Shown: positions 26,569 through 41,052 of the stretch, piece by piece | Layout of the letters: the number at the start of each line of letters is the position of its first letter | How positions within the stretch are numbered: the stretch's first letter is position 1 | Assembly: GCF_022539665.2 (NCBI RefSeq) | Contig: NC_081334.1 | Coordinates: forward strand, 1,550,001 to 1,614,000 | Source of the DNA: Daphnia carinata | Taxonomy: Eukaryota | DNA: 64,000 bases | Direction of reading: 5' to 3' | Translations under genes and position numbers: made by a program | Notes under the pieces: model-generated | Told to the model about the DNA's origin: nothing | The model's database searches: none | The model's input: only the letters and a program-made list of their open reading frames with translations

Positions 26569-29500
26569 ATTTTTCACTTGAAGATAAACAACGCGACTAG
26601 CAAGTTTCAAGGCTACGACGAAAATAATAAGCAAAACTGTTCTAAAATTAAGGCGGCAGCGATCGACGTCACGAGACGGACACAGATTTTGTCACGACAA
26701 CCGTCGTCTGCTGCGTATTTACAAATCTTATTAAGAAATCCATGTTGTGCATGACTGTAGTGTGGGCCTCCCGAAGGGTACTCATACACAAGGACTTTTC
26801 TGTATTTTTTTTTTTATTTACAGACGAAAATGCTTACGTTTTCTGCTAAGCTTTAATTCGTAATAAGACAAGTCGCGATAAAAGCTTAAAGGCGTATACA
26901 TTTCAACGGAGTAAGGTCTTACTTGTATGCAGTATCACAGGAAGATGGGGGGGGGGTCACATTTCGAATTTGCATGTGCTAATATTGGTCACCCGTAATG
27001 CCATGCCTTGGATCTTTTCGCACGTAATGAGCTTCTTGGTACCGCAAGTTGAACTATGTGCACCAAAAATTTGTTTTGCTTAAGAACTTTCATGTCCAAA
27101 TAGAACTGTGTAAGCTTATTTTTTTATTATACAGGACTACTAGATTTTTTAGGGTTTCATGTGCTTAAACAGTCTTTTTGGGTATGCTTTTAGAATATGA
27201 ATGTTTGTCAAAATCTTGGGTTCCTGCAACTTGGACGTCTAGAAGGGAAACAGCTGTTACAACATAAATTTCTGAGCTTACCTACACTTTTGAAATGGTT
27301 TCCGCCAAACCATCTCCCTATGTTTTCAGCCAAATAAGTGCAGCGGAATTGATTAATATACTTTTTGGATTCCGAACGCCAAAATTCATCGTCACTAGCC
27401 GGCTGCATTCCTTAAATTAATTTTTTTCACTTATTTTGTTCTGTATATGGTCTGGTAGACATAAAATCAATAAACATAAAAGTTAGGCATGCTCGAAAAA
27501 TTAATAGTACTTCACTTGATAAACGAAGCAAAAAGAATAAATTATTGCTTTTGCTTTTTATATCTAAAGTGATTATTACAGCGTCTTATACTTTTTGAAA
27601 ATGGAAAACTCGAGTTCGTCAGCTAACACCACCTAGCTGCCAAATCTTCTAAACTTGACGGGTGTTTTTAATGACGCCTGAAAAAAGGAAGAACTTAAGT
27701 TTCAATATTGTACAACTAAATAAACTAAACATTTCCTTATTTTCTTAACATTAACGTAAAGGTTAAGGATGAAATTTGAATTTCGCTTTCCAAGATAAAA
27801 CAACTAGAAAATTTTTTATTACAAAAAAATAGTTACTCCATAGGCACTTTGCATTATCTATTTTTCTTCACATTAAAAAGATACACATTGTACATGTCAA
27901 AGGACGTAAGCATAATATTCCATTAATTTAATACCCGAGTATTGAGAAACCATTATCAGAAAGAAGCCGTCATTACTATAAGTGATTACTACTAGATGTC
28001 ACTGCCTACCGAACTTCACGTTAGGCGGGCCTCTAGCCTGTAAAGGCAACCTTCAAGGAAATAATACTTTTTTAAACGAAAAATTGACATGAAATGCTAG
28101 TTAAACGTGAAATAATAGTTAATACAGCTGTAAACAATTTTTCAAATGCTACTTTTTGTTCTAATTCTAATAGATACGTTAATGAGAAGCTATAACATGG
28201 GAAGTTTGGGTAGGATCATGTCTCGTTATAGAGTAGTCTATGGTAGTCGCCGTCAGTCTAGGCATTTTCAGTTGTCGAGGCGTGGTCCCAGCGTTAGGGG
28301 GTATTAGGCGTGGAGCTTCACTGGTTCTCTCTGTTCTTCTACATCAACCAAGCCCCTTGAACGGTGAAGTTGTGCAATATTTTCCCAATCAGATCTTGTG
28401 GATCATCATTTACAATTGTGAATAAGAATCTCATCTCCGTCAGGAAACACAAACCGTGTGTCAAACCTTCAATCGAATGGATTTGGTTTGATTGTGTCAA
28501 CAAAACATTTTCATCCTGAAGGCCTCAGCAGTCGCGTCTGTTTTGCTCACCGGAAAAGCAGAGGTAAAAATGAAAAGAACGACAGGAAACTCCCGTCATT
28601 CGATGTTTTTCCCTACATTTCTCTATTTCATTGTGGTGAATCTGTGTTATGCCAAACATCTGGTTCAAGTCAACTGACTTCAACATTAGCCAACCTTCTG
28701 TTTGCGGGCGAGAAGGACTTTCGTCTAGTCAATGTTTATTCTCTCTCGTCATTCCCACTTTAGCAGATCCAAATCTTTTTTTGTCTTTGATAAACAAATG
28801 AGAATACGTCTCTCTTTGTTTTTCTTCCATTCTCTGTTTTCGTATTGTCGACGGGATGCTCGTTAAAGCTTCGAGCAAGGTTATACGAGAATCTCATTTT
28901 AATTGGTCCCCTCCATCTTAGGCCTGACGTATTCTTCTTTAAGTAACTGGTTTTTCTCAAATAAATCTATTGCATTATTCTCCAATCAGGATGTTTACTA
29001 TTCCCTGATTTCCAACGTGTGTCGTGTAGGGTGGGGGGGAAATAGGATGTCTACACGAATATGGCTTTTTTTGATTAGAATCGACCCAACAGCCGAAGAC
29101 CTCCTTATCTAGAGCCCAGTAAATTCCCCTCTTTTGTACCTTGTCTACACGTTCTCCAACACACGGTTAAATGTAGATGGCAAACCCATATTGTGTGTGA
29201 GATAGTCGGGCGATGATGAACGATGACGTAGGGAGAAAGAACAACAACTCACATAGCCCTTAACCATTTTTTTTTTTTTGTTCCTGTTCGTTGTGCTGAG
29301 TGTGGGTGTGGGTCAGCTACTTCCTCCACTGCAAGTTTCAATATTGACCCAACACGCTCTGCAAAAGTCACGCGCCAGTGTGGCTGAAATGGACTCGGCT
29401 TTGCCTACGTGAACAACATCCCAGAAGACAACAACATGGGTCCCTGTCGGTGCCTAAAATCAGAACCGTCAGACGGACAACCCCACCCGTCCAAATTTTG

Positions 29501-32014
29501 ATTTTTTTTTTTTTTGATTGATTGGAATTCTTAATCGGCACGCACACCCAATCCTCTGAATATTCTGAATTGTTAAATAGCCTGTATGGTCTTTTTTGAA
29601 AGACGACGATATGGCCGAAGATCTTTCCCATATTGAAATGTATCGAGCTAGTGGAACAATCAGCTTCCGTATTTTGATTGAACTGGGGGAGGGCTTTCTT
29701 GCGATTGATGCATATGCGTCGGGTAGCACAGTTACACTTCCGGCCGTGTGAAAAAGAATTAAAAAAAAAAAAAAATAAGCGGAAGACCGTTTCAAGCTGC
29801 TTTGGTTATCTGTTAGAGTGTGGCAATTCTGTCACATGCGGAATGACTGAACGGGGAATGAACAAAAGCTGAATAAAATAATAAAAAACGGACTTCACCA
29901 TGACAAAAAAGGAGGAGACAAAATCCCTAGCATTTTGTACTTTCTCGTCTGGAAAGTCTGGAACTCGTCCATGATTTTCACATCCGTTACTTGCGCGGGA
30001 GACCCTCGTAAAAGTCGTGACTCATCCTCTTTGCTTCACCCTCGCTCTCACGACGTTATTACCTTCGATCCGACTGGAAAGAAAGTGAGGGATAGGAAGT
30101 CGTTTTCAAATCCGGCCCTCCCCATTTCGTCATCGTGACTGTTGGATGAAAAATTCAATTTACTTTGCGCACTGAGACAGAAATCTGTGTCGAAAAGCCA
30201 TCCCTCTTTGCCCGTCAACCCCCCTCACTTTCCCATCATCGCCATTTTGTGCATATCAACATGGAAACTGAATTCTCGCTTAGCGCATTATGCACGGACC
30301 ACTGGATAACTATAGAGATAAGGAAGGGAACTCGGTAGGAAAGAGATAAAGGAGAAGTCATCATTCGATAACGACCGAAGAGCAAAAAAAGGGAAATGGT
30401 CCTTTTAGATAGTCGGATAGGTTATAGACACATCAACAAATCCAATCTCGTTTTTATCACTCGATACCATCGATCTAATTTAATCCATTTGAATTGCCAG
30501 TTGGTAAACGATGATGACCCTGGAATTCCTTGAATGACAGTGTTGTTTTATTTAAAGGAATAATATTTTTGAACGAGCCAAAAGGCGTGACCTGTTGAAC
30601 GACGTCTCGAGTCGTATGTCCTTGGGTTTCGCTTTCAAGAAATTCAATTTCGTGGCGTGCCTAGTTGCATTACTTTCGTTGTGTGTGTGTGTGTGCGTCT
30701 GTGGACGCTTGTAGCGGATATGACCCATTAGACTTTGAAGACGGGTCATTATTTCTTTATCTTGGCCATCCTCCGTCGTAACTGAATCCCGGTATCGTCC
30801 CTATTGTATTCACCAATGCCCCCGCCACGTTCTTTTAGCGTTCGTTTTCTATTCTTACTTATTTATGCTGGACGAAGCGTATAAAATCTCATTTTATGCA
30901 TCGGTCGTACTATTTGCCCAATGATGCGGTTCTGCTCTTAATGTTCATCAGTAACTCGATGGCGAGTTTTGTATTCGACCTGATCCACTTGATCCGTCAT
31001 ATGACTCATCATCATGGAACGCTCGCACACGAGAAATGGAACTTGCATTGCCCTCTTTGAACAGGACGGAATGAGCAATTTACGCAAGATCTTTCGGGAG
31101 TTGAGATGTTACTATTTGATGGGGGGAGTGGGGTATAACATTTACGCGGAATCGAAGAGCCATCCCCCCTCCCTCTTTCTCCCGCTCAGTGGATCAATAA
31201 GTCTCGCGACTTGCAGCTGGATAGAGAAATAGAATAGGCTATATAAAGTGGGCGATGGTGTAGTGTGTGTGTACCTAGTGTCTGTGTGTGTGTGTAGCAA
31301 GTTTGGTTGGCAAAAGCATTGTTGCGTGTCCATCCTGACTTATATCATTACCTCTTGGGTTGTTTGATTCTTTTTGAAAGATAGAAGAATCTTTTTTTTT
31401 ACGGCCTTACTTTCAAACTTGAATGCGATTTCGATTTCTTTCGATTGCCTCGGAGACGAACGTCAGCTGGAATTGTTGTCTTCGGATCGTGACTTGGTTC
31501 AATGCCCAAATAAAAAACATGGACGAGAGGAAGACCCAAGAATAAGAGAAAAAGAGTATGGCGGAGATTTAAAGGAGATGAACAATGTTTGTCCTTTTAT
31601 TTCCAACCCAATCACGACCAATTCTCTCTTGAAGGAAAAGGAGAGGGACAAGAGATCAATACCCAAGTTTTTCTCTTCTTTTATTTTCCAAGTACTCATC
31701 GATTTGCCACTAAAAAGAGTGTCTCACTGTTTTATGGAAGCACTCGTTACAGTGGATTCACGTGAAACTTAAACGCGCGTGTTTTAGTCCTTGTTGAATG
31801 GCTCATATCCTAATCTACTTGCTATTTAAACTAGACTACCTAACTGTTTAGTTTCTTATGCAGATGTTGTGTATTTCGTTTCTAAATTTAATTTCCTTTT
31901 TGCTTTTTGTTACAGTTACACCTGCTTTGTATCAGGTGAAAGTTTTGTCACGCCAATTACGGAGAGTGCCCGCGACCCCACCCGGACGTTACAAAAAGAA
32001 AGAAAAAACCGAAA

Positions 32015-35000
32015 ATGGCCGGCCCGCGGCTCGGGACTTCCGGCCTGCTAATGGTTCTCTTCTACATGGCTTCGACTACAGCGTTAGGTAAGTAAATTAT
32101 ATGATGGACACGCTCATCCAATTCAGCAGGGGAAAAAAGGGAGAATTTTTTTTTTAATTTTTTAAAAAACAAAAGTAGAATATAAAAATAAAAATAGCCG
32201 GTCGTCAATGAACTGACACGTTCCATGTAGACATGGCTCGAGGTGGGGTCCGGTAGCCGCGGGAGTGTCTGTACAATAAACTGACAACTTCCGTTCCTTG
32301 GTTAAAATCTGAAATAGATTTCTAAATTTTTTTTTGTTTTTTGTTTTTGTTTCTTTGTTGTTGTATGATACGTGCGTCCGAACAGTTCAATCACCGCCGC
32401 AAGTTGTCAAACAACCGCCGTCGGACGAGCTGCTCTTCCAGGTGGCGCAGAGGATCGACGAGAACGACAAGCCTTTCATCATCGAATGCGAGGCGGAAGG
32501 CGAACCCGCCCCAAAGTAAATAGAACCTCAAATACGAGCCTTCTTTTTTCGCCCCTACTATGCTTAATTGAATAGTACCATTAGCAACTGGTGATGGATT
32601 GTTGGATGATTGGGTTCGCTATCCATCACGACAAAAGGCCTCCTCCCTCATTGCGTGTCAAGCCAGCTGTTCCAGTTGTTCACCGTTCTTTCGTGTGTGT
32701 TTTTACAGGTACCGATGGGTCAAAAACGGTTACGATTTCCTTTGGCAAAGCTACGACGATCGAATCTCTCAACAGCCCGGCAGAGGAACGCTGGTCATCA
32801 CCACGCCCCGAGATGAAGATATCGGTCAGTCATCACTCACTTTGTTTTTCGACCAGATTTTGAATGCATTTTTAATTTGTTATGATCAGGGCAGTATCAA
32901 TGTTTCGCGTCCAACGAGTGGGGAACGGCCACATCGAATTCGGTCTTTGTCCGAAAATCGGATCTCAATTCCTTTAAAGATGAGCCTCCGATGACCGTCT
33001 CGGCTCAGGAGGGATCGCCGTTCAGTTTGCGTTGTCAGCCGCCCGACGGCTGGCCCAAACCGTCCGTCTACTGGATGATGCAGAACTCGAACGGAGCCTT
33101 GCGCAGCATCAACTCGTCGAGGATGACGGTCGATCCCGAAGGCACGCTCTGGTTCTCCAACGTCACACGTGAAGACACCAGTGATGACTTTGTCTACGCT
33201 TGTTCGGCTACCTCACTCTTCCGGTATTTTCTATTTGTTATTTATTTATTTTTAAGTAGTAATAATTAAGGAGATAATCCAAAAATAAAACCGCAAGAGG
33301 GGTAACACGTGGCCAATGGACTAGAAACATGGGATGACCTTCCGAAATGAAAGTTCGGGCGGGGATGTGTTTTAAAAAGGGAAAATTCTAGTCAAGAATG
33401 TAGTCGCCAGTGTGTTATTACAGTCGGTCGATGTTATAGGATCTTGAATGTGAACGCCGTCTTGGTGGTTACCTTCCTTACTGCAGGTGACCGCGTATCA
33501 CGTTTCCTCCTTAACGTTTCATTCGGGGGGCTTCATGGCGAGAAATTTCCGGCTGACTGGAGGGTGATAAAAAAAACAAAAAAACCGGAACGTCTCATCC
33601 AAAAAATTTTCTTTTGTTTTTTCATAAATGCAGAAACGAATACAAGCTGGGCAACAAAGTGTACCTGGATGTGATTGCAACTGGCAGCGCTGCAGCCCAA
33701 AATCGTCATGAACCCGTCCAGCAGTACGTCTCTCGCAAAAACGCGGTTGCCCATCGAGGCAAGAGCATTGAACTGTGGTGCGTCTTTGGCGGTACCCCAC
33801 TACCTCAGATCCGCTGGACGAAAGAAGGTGCCGCGCTGCCAGCTGGCCGTACCACCTACTCTTCATACGGCAAGACGCTGATCATCAAGAGCGTCGATTC
33901 GGAAGACGCCGGCAACTACGAATGCGAAGCTAGTAACGGTGTCGGATTGGCCAAGTCTTATTCCATCAGCCTTCAGGTGTTGGCCGCTCCCTACTTTACC
34001 GTCGAACCGGATGTGTACGTCGGAGCCGAAGACGAGACGGCCGAGTTCCGGTGTGAAGCCAACGGCTCGCCTTCTCCGGAGATCAAATGGATTCACAACG
34101 GAAAACCAATTGAAGAGGCGGCCGTCAACCCTCGCCGGAAGGTGTTCCCTAATCGCATCGTCATCGAGCGTCTACAAAAGAGCGACACGGGCAACTACGG
34201 CTGCAACGCCACCAACAGTATCGGCTACGTCTACAAGGATGTCTACCTCAACGTTTTGGCTTTGGCGCCCGATATCGAAGACGCTCCCGACGATGTGGCC
34301 ACCGTTGACGGATCGGCCGTCAATTTGACTTGCAAAGTTTTTGGCTCGCCTAAACCTCTTGTCAAATGGATCCGCGACGGGTTGGAATTGACTGGCGGCC
34401 GCTATCGCGTTATGGACAGCGGTGATCTGGAAATTAGGTATACCGTCTTTTGTTTTTCAAATAAGTCACATCCTATCATCGAGGTTTTGAACGGAAGAAA
34501 ACGATATTCAAATTGTATTGTGAGCCCAGCTGCTTTTGACGTCCTCCCCCTCTTCCTTTCAACCGCATTTTCCGCTTCCGCCCTAAACAGCTGGGCTATT
34601 GTTTAAGAAACGATCCAATCATGCGGGCGTGTTGCGTGTCAATCTGCACGTTTTTCTCACTCTGCATCGTATATTTTATTAATAGAATTTTTTTTTTTTT
34701 TTTCCTCAGGGAGGTGACCTTCACCGATGCCGGCGTCTATTCGTGTCACGCAACCAATAAGTTCGGCTCGGCCAATGCCAATGGAACTCTTATCGTCAAA
34801 GGTTAATTAGCTGCCCCATTTCATGATTTCTTCCATTGAGGGGAAACGAAAAAACCTCACGTTTAAAATTCTCTGCTTTTATTTATTAGAGCGCACCATC
34901 ATCAAGGACGGGCCAGAAGACTATGAAGTCGCTGCCGGACAGACGGCCACTTTCCGCTGTAATGCCGTGGCTGATTCGTCACTCAACTTGACGATCGACT

Positions 35001-38000
35001 GGCTGCATGCAGACCAGCTGATCGATTTCGAGCAAGAACCGCGTTTTGTCCAGTCGCAGGATTCGTCGTTGACTATCACGAAGACGACGGAATTGGACAC
35101 TGGCGACTACACGTGCCGTGCCAAAACAATCCTGGACAGCGCCGAGGACAAGGCTACGCTCATTGTTCAAGGTGACGATTTTTCTAGTTTCGCTTTTCTC
35201 TAGTGCGGTTTTTTAAATGCTCATCACGATGCGCAATTTGCTTCGACAGACGTTCCCAATCGGCCGCGAATGGTGGGCATCCAGTGCAACAACCGCGACG
35301 CGGCCATCGAATGGACACCTTCGGGCGATAATCGAGCGCCCATCTTAACGTACACGATCCAGTTCAATACGAGTTTCACGCCCGACAGCTGGGAAGTGTC
35401 GTTTGAAAACGTGCCAGCCACCGAGACGCGCTTCAAAGTGGAGATGAGCCCTTGGTCCAATTACACGTTCCGTGTCATTGCTCGTAATAAGATTGGCCCG
35501 TCGCTTCCATCGGACCACTCGTCCATGTGCACGACGCCTCCCGACGTGCCGAATAAGAATCCCGATAATGTAGAGGGACGTGGCACTTCGCCCACTAATT
35601 TGGTTGTCACGTGGAACCCAATGCCCGAGATCGAACACAACGGACGCAACTTTCACTATCGCGTCTACTGGCGTCGAGACATACCTGGAGAAGATTGGAA
35701 CATCGAAATGATTTCCGACTGGAGACAGTCGTCCATCCTCATACCCAATCAACCCACGTTCAAACGCTATCGCATCAAAGGTAAAATTCATTGATTTGTT
35801 CATTGAAAAATCGTATGTCGTTCAACTCTTCTTTGTTGTTTTACAGTGGTGGCTTTCAATCAGATCGGTGAAGCCAATGTTGCAGCACAAGAAGTTACTG
35901 GTTACTCTGGAGAAGACGTGCCGGTTGAAGCACCAACCAACTTCACTTTGAATCAAATCATTGACGAACGAAGCGCCATCCTTTCTTGGAACCCAGTCAA
36001 TCCGGATTCTGTTCAGGGTAAAAACTAATCGCTCCCTAAGGGTCATTTTCTTTTTTTAAATACTAACAAGCTTTTTTTTTTTTCTATCGATTTTTTTTTT
36101 TTTTACATAGGACACTTCAAAGGCTACAAGATTGAGACATGGACCGAGAAGGAAGGAGAGCTGCGAGCCCGTGAAATGATCAGCAACGCTTCAAAGGCGT
36201 TCGTTAACAAGTTTGTCCCGCACACAGTTAATCTCGTCCGTGTTCGCGTTATTAATTCGGCGTACCGTGGACCGGCAAGCGATATCCTTTCCTTCAAGAC
36301 ACCGGAAGGAAGTATGTTTCTTTTTTTTTATCACGTTTTGAATGACCCGACGTTCGCACGAATGTAAACCAAAAAATTCATTTGTTTTCTAGGGCCCGGA
36401 CCAGTGGATTACTTTGAGGCGGCTCCTCTTGGTTCTTCGGCTTTCTATTTGATTTGGAAGCAACCGGAAGAGCCCAACGGCAATCTGCGTGGCTACAAAA
36501 TCTTCTACGAAAAGGTAGAAGGTACGAAAATTGGCCCGCAAATCGAAAGAGAACCACCAATTCGTGACCCGTTACAAACTCGAGCCAAATTGGCCGGTCT
36601 CGAACCCAACACGAAATACCGCCTTCACATTAAAGCTATGACCATTGCCGGAGAAGGAGACGAGTAAGTTCATTTTTTTTTTTTTTAAGAATTTTAAAAG
36701 AAAATGGAAATGGCTAATGTTTTTGTATTCTGTTTTTGTGCATTTCCAAAGTTATTACATTGAACGAAACACTCGCAACGGCAACGCATACCCACCCGAC
36801 AAGCCCCAGTTTACGTGGAATCAGATCACTTTAGACAATGGAATGCCGGCCATCAAAGTTGTTTGGCATCCGAACGTCGATGGCCAACCTGGTTCCCACT
36901 TTTTCGTTCAATACCGGCGAAAGGGCGAGACCATCTATATCAAGAGCGAAGATGAGTTCGATGAGAACTTTATCATCTTGCGCGGCTTGGAGCCTAACCA
37001 ACTGTACGAGATCCGCGCCGTTGTCGTCGACGGTGATTACTTTACCGAAAGTGACCCCGAAGAGGTGGAGATGTACGCCGGTAAGTTGCCAGAAAGTTGT
37101 GATAAAATTCACATAATATTTGTCTTTTAATGTCAATTTGTTTTCAATGTCTAGATGGACCTTACATCCAAGGATCATCCGCCGTAGCTTCGACCGGATG
37201 GTTTATCGGCATGATGCTGGCCCTTGCATTATTGCTCTTGGTCCTGGTTCTTGTCTGCATCATTAAACGGAACCGGGGTGGAAAGTATGCCGTCCACGAA
37301 AGAGAGGCCACTCACGGTCGTAAAGATTTCAACGAGGACGCCGGATTCCACGAATACTCGCAACCGTACGTTAGCGAAGCATATGATTTCTAACGCAATT
37401 TCAAGTGGTATACAAATGTTTGTTTTGTTTTCGTGTGTAGAGTTGGCAGCAGTCGCGCGCCGAGCAAAGCATCTTTGAGTAGCGGAGCCAAAATGCCACC
37501 CGAGAGCGAAGACAATGATTCGATGGCTGAATACGGTGAAGGAGAAGCAGGTAAAAGCTTTTATTCTATTTTGTTTAATGTAATTCCTACAGCTTGCAAA
37601 TCGATCTCCAAAGTCTGCTGTCGTTTTTCCAAAAGCATGAACTACACACGAACATTTATTTGAATCTAGCGAAAAATTGGAATCGATAAGATCAGCAAAA
37701 GGGCGTGGCTCGTTTGCATTTGACAGTTTTCGTTCCAACCTACACGTTCGAGCTTTTATTTTCTTCGTGTTTTTTTTTTTTTTTGTCTTTTCAGCATTTT
37801 TTTTTTTTCGCCATTGAGTTTGCCTGATTACTATTTTTTCCTTTTATTTTTTTATTGGTTTTTTGATGTTGTAGAAGGCATGAATGAGGACGGCTCGTTT
37901 ATCGGCCAATACGGCAAGAAGCGTGGAGATGGATCATCTGCTTTCGCCACTCTTGTCTAAAATTTAGAGAAATAAATATAAGAAAAAAACTGCCTCTTCT

Positions 38001-38241
38001 TTCAACGTAGCCGACTGTATAGTTCCGTTATGTTACCAGGTAATGACACCTAAAGATTATTTATCCGACTTGTCTTCATGAAACTTTGTGGTTGTGAAAT
38101 GCTTTTCTTTAAATTTAGTTAATGATTTTTGCTTTGTGATTTGCAGGTGAATTTGCTGAAAGTGGTTCGTTTATTGGACAGTATGGTCAAAGCAAATTGC
38201 CAACTCCCTTTACGACAGCTAGTGTGGCAACTATTGTTTAG
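32015..38241 (+). CDS. Nrg: Neuroglian (L1CAM family): Ig x6, FN3 x5, TM, ankyrin-binding FIGQY tail
   Basis: Signal peptide exon MAGPRLGTSGLLMVLFYMASTTAL, Ig and FN3 exons, and TM WFIGMMLALALLLLVLVLVCII followed by KRNRGGKYAV. Two alternative FIGQY terminal exons end at stops 37958-37960 and 38239-38241. Confidence 0.95.
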
Positions 38242-39662
38242 AAACTCAACATTTTTCTCTTCACACTACAACAACAAACAACAAAAGATTCACACCGTTC
38301 CCTCCACTTCCTTTATTTTTATTTTAGTTTACTTTTTTTTTTTCCTTTTTTAAATTATTCTTCTGTCAGCCTGCCAAAAAAAAACAGATAAAGGCTAACA
38401 TAATTATTTTTGTGGACTGCAAAAGCGTAAACATTTTTTTCTTTCTTGTGTACATTGTGCAATGCTTTGTTATGAGCTTTCTGCTGACTTCTTCGACAAG
38501 TTTTCTGCTCCTTCTTTCTTTGGTTTGTTTTTTGAATCTCTCTTCTTTATTCCGTTATATTGACTGCTTACTGGTTGTCATATCAAATGTGTGTACGCGT
38601 GCAAGCGAAAGCCAAACGCAGGAGAGTTTAATGCTGTCGTAGAATTTCTAGTGTGTCGGAAGGGGGAGTGAGTTGTTGACAGGTGCCTACATGAGTTTTT
38701 ACATGTGTCTAGTGCCGATATATGCTCCTCTCCTACTTCTTGGACGATACAACCCCTCCCAAATATTATATTCCTCTCCCTTCGAAAATAAGCAGCTCCT
38801 TTCCACTCTACATCCTTCTCAAACAACATAAATGCACAAAAGAGCCAAAAAAAGAAAACTTTTTTTGGACTATTGCGATCTTGAAAAAAAAAAACAAGGT
38901 TGATCCATCGATCTGAGTTTCTTTACCACATAGATCTGGCTTTACTTGAAAGCCAACATTTTGTTTGTTTTTTAGTGTTTTGTTTTGTAGTTTCAGTTCT
39001 GCAGCTTTTGCAGCTTTTTTTTGGCCAAATAGCCAAATCACAACCGTCCTGTTCATTTTTTTTTTTTTTTTGGTTTTTCCCTACTTCTTTTCGTCGTCGT
39101 CCGCTGATTTTTATCTCTTCAATCGCCTGCTTCTGTCCTTCCACACTTCGTGTATTTGATCTTTATATACATTCCCCGCGAAAAAAAAAATTGTTTGTGA
39201 AAGAAAAGCAGGTCAATTAATGGTCACTAAAATTACAGTTTAACTTCAACATTAATAGTGCACTATTGATCTGTGTTTAAAAACGAGCATGAGGAAACAA
39301 CATTATGTTATGTAAGAGAGCGCCTTGGTTCATTCTGAGGCCTGGATGACGCCATATAGCCGATGTATTTGCGAACATAACACAGCTGCCGAAAGTGGAC
39401 GGGGAAACAGCTAATATTTTTTATATGAAGCCCTCTTTCCCCTTTCTCCTTGGAAATGAATTTGAATAAAAAGCTCGACACGCATGTTTTTTAACGATAA
39501 CCTCTTTTTTTTCCTTCTTCGAGGCCGATATTGTCATTCATTTGGTTTCTGGCTGCTTTGTTATTGCTTCTGCCTCTAACCGAATGATACACACACTGTC
39601 CCAGTTAAATTTTGTGTTTCCGAATTAAATCTTTCAACGAGGGTAGCAAACTTGCAAGGCAA

Positions 39663-39948
39663 AAAGAGACTCTTCGGAGACTCTCCTCATTCTCCTATTG
39701 GCGCCTATGTAACTCCGAAGTCTTCGCCTAACACGACCTAGGTTCTCCTGTTAGCGGTTGTGTACACCCGAAGTCTTCGTTCTCCGATCAGCGGGTATGT
39801 AACTCTGAAGTAGAGGTTTGCCTGATCTGTAGCTCGAAAGCTGCAGGTAGACAAGCTCCCATCAGGGTATGGATGGGTGCACACCATTATTGATACTATC
39901 TCTAATGGTAACCTCTAGAGAGCAAGGTCGGCATCGCAGAGTCTCTTT
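39663..39948. repeat. Possible MITE remnant with internal degenerate tandem repeats
   Basis: 11-bp inverted repeat AAAGAGACTCT (39663-39673) / AGAGTCTCTTT (39938-39948) encloses three degenerate ~40-50 bp units (TTCTCC...TGTAAC/TACAC..CGAAGT). Confidence 0.4.
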
Positions 39949-41052
39949 GTTATACTTACCTTTCCTTCGACCTTCCCACTACTAAGTTGGGGTACCCGAC
40001 CCTTTTAACACGTGAATTTCATCGAAAATTTCGCTGTTGACGTAAAACGCTTCTCTAAGTAGGTTCTCTTTACTTAATTTTTGCTTTAGCTGGTATATCA
40101 ATAAATGGAATAATGAACCTCGTAGTTCCCATCAAGAGCTACAAAAGTAACCGATCAGTTTCTAATTCTAAACAAAACCAGCGTAAAAAGAGCTAACAAG
40201 TGACAGAGTAAATATGCTACGCAGGGAAACCATGAATAGGGGCGTGGTATGATTGGTTACCACGCCCCTTAATCGAATTCTGCGCGCCAGACTTTCCTCA
40301 TTCGTCCTTGTGCTTGTTTGCCAAATATAATTTTATTTTATTTTATATTATATTAACAATTCCAATTTTATGTTAAGTCAAAAATTAATTATTAATACTA
40401 AACACGACACCACGTAAACAATGTCAACGTTCTTCATTTCAATCTTTAGCTGTGTCAGGCTGTGTTGGATCTGGATGTGAACTGCATGATGATGGTGATG
40501 GCTAGAAACTTTGTAAAAAATTGTGGAGATATTGGTCTTTTGGTATACTATCTTTTTTCATTTCCTTGAATTTTGATTCTTTTTCTATTTTTAATATTTT
40601 TTCTTAGAATGCCACTTCGCTACATTTTTAACGATAAATTACTTGGCAACGCGGAAATTAAGTTCCAGCAGACGAATGAGCAGTTTCTCTCTTCCTCCTC
40701 TTTTTCCTTATATTTCACAAATATTTTGATATATCAAGATCAGGACGCATATGTTTATTTGGTTGTGGTAGTTATTTAGGTTTCTCTTTCGAAGCATTTC
40801 TAGATATCCACTCTTGTTCCACCTAGAAAGTTATCTTAAAACGATTGAATAACAATAAGTGCGATGGTTTTTAGCTAGGCAGTTGGATAGGTGAGAGAAA
40901 GGCATATGATGAAAAGTTCTCATTCGTGATCGTGATATAAATTAATTAATTTTGGTTTCTTGACACAATAGATGAAATGAATCTCTGCAACAGCAACCTT
41001 ATGGTGTCCTAGTGTGTACTTCTACAAGTTTTGCTTACCTGTCATGTGCATC

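Noticed and set aside
39690..39815. CRISPR-like repeat array
   Set aside because: Eukaryotic context, three degenerate tandem units without unique spacers, and no cas genes.
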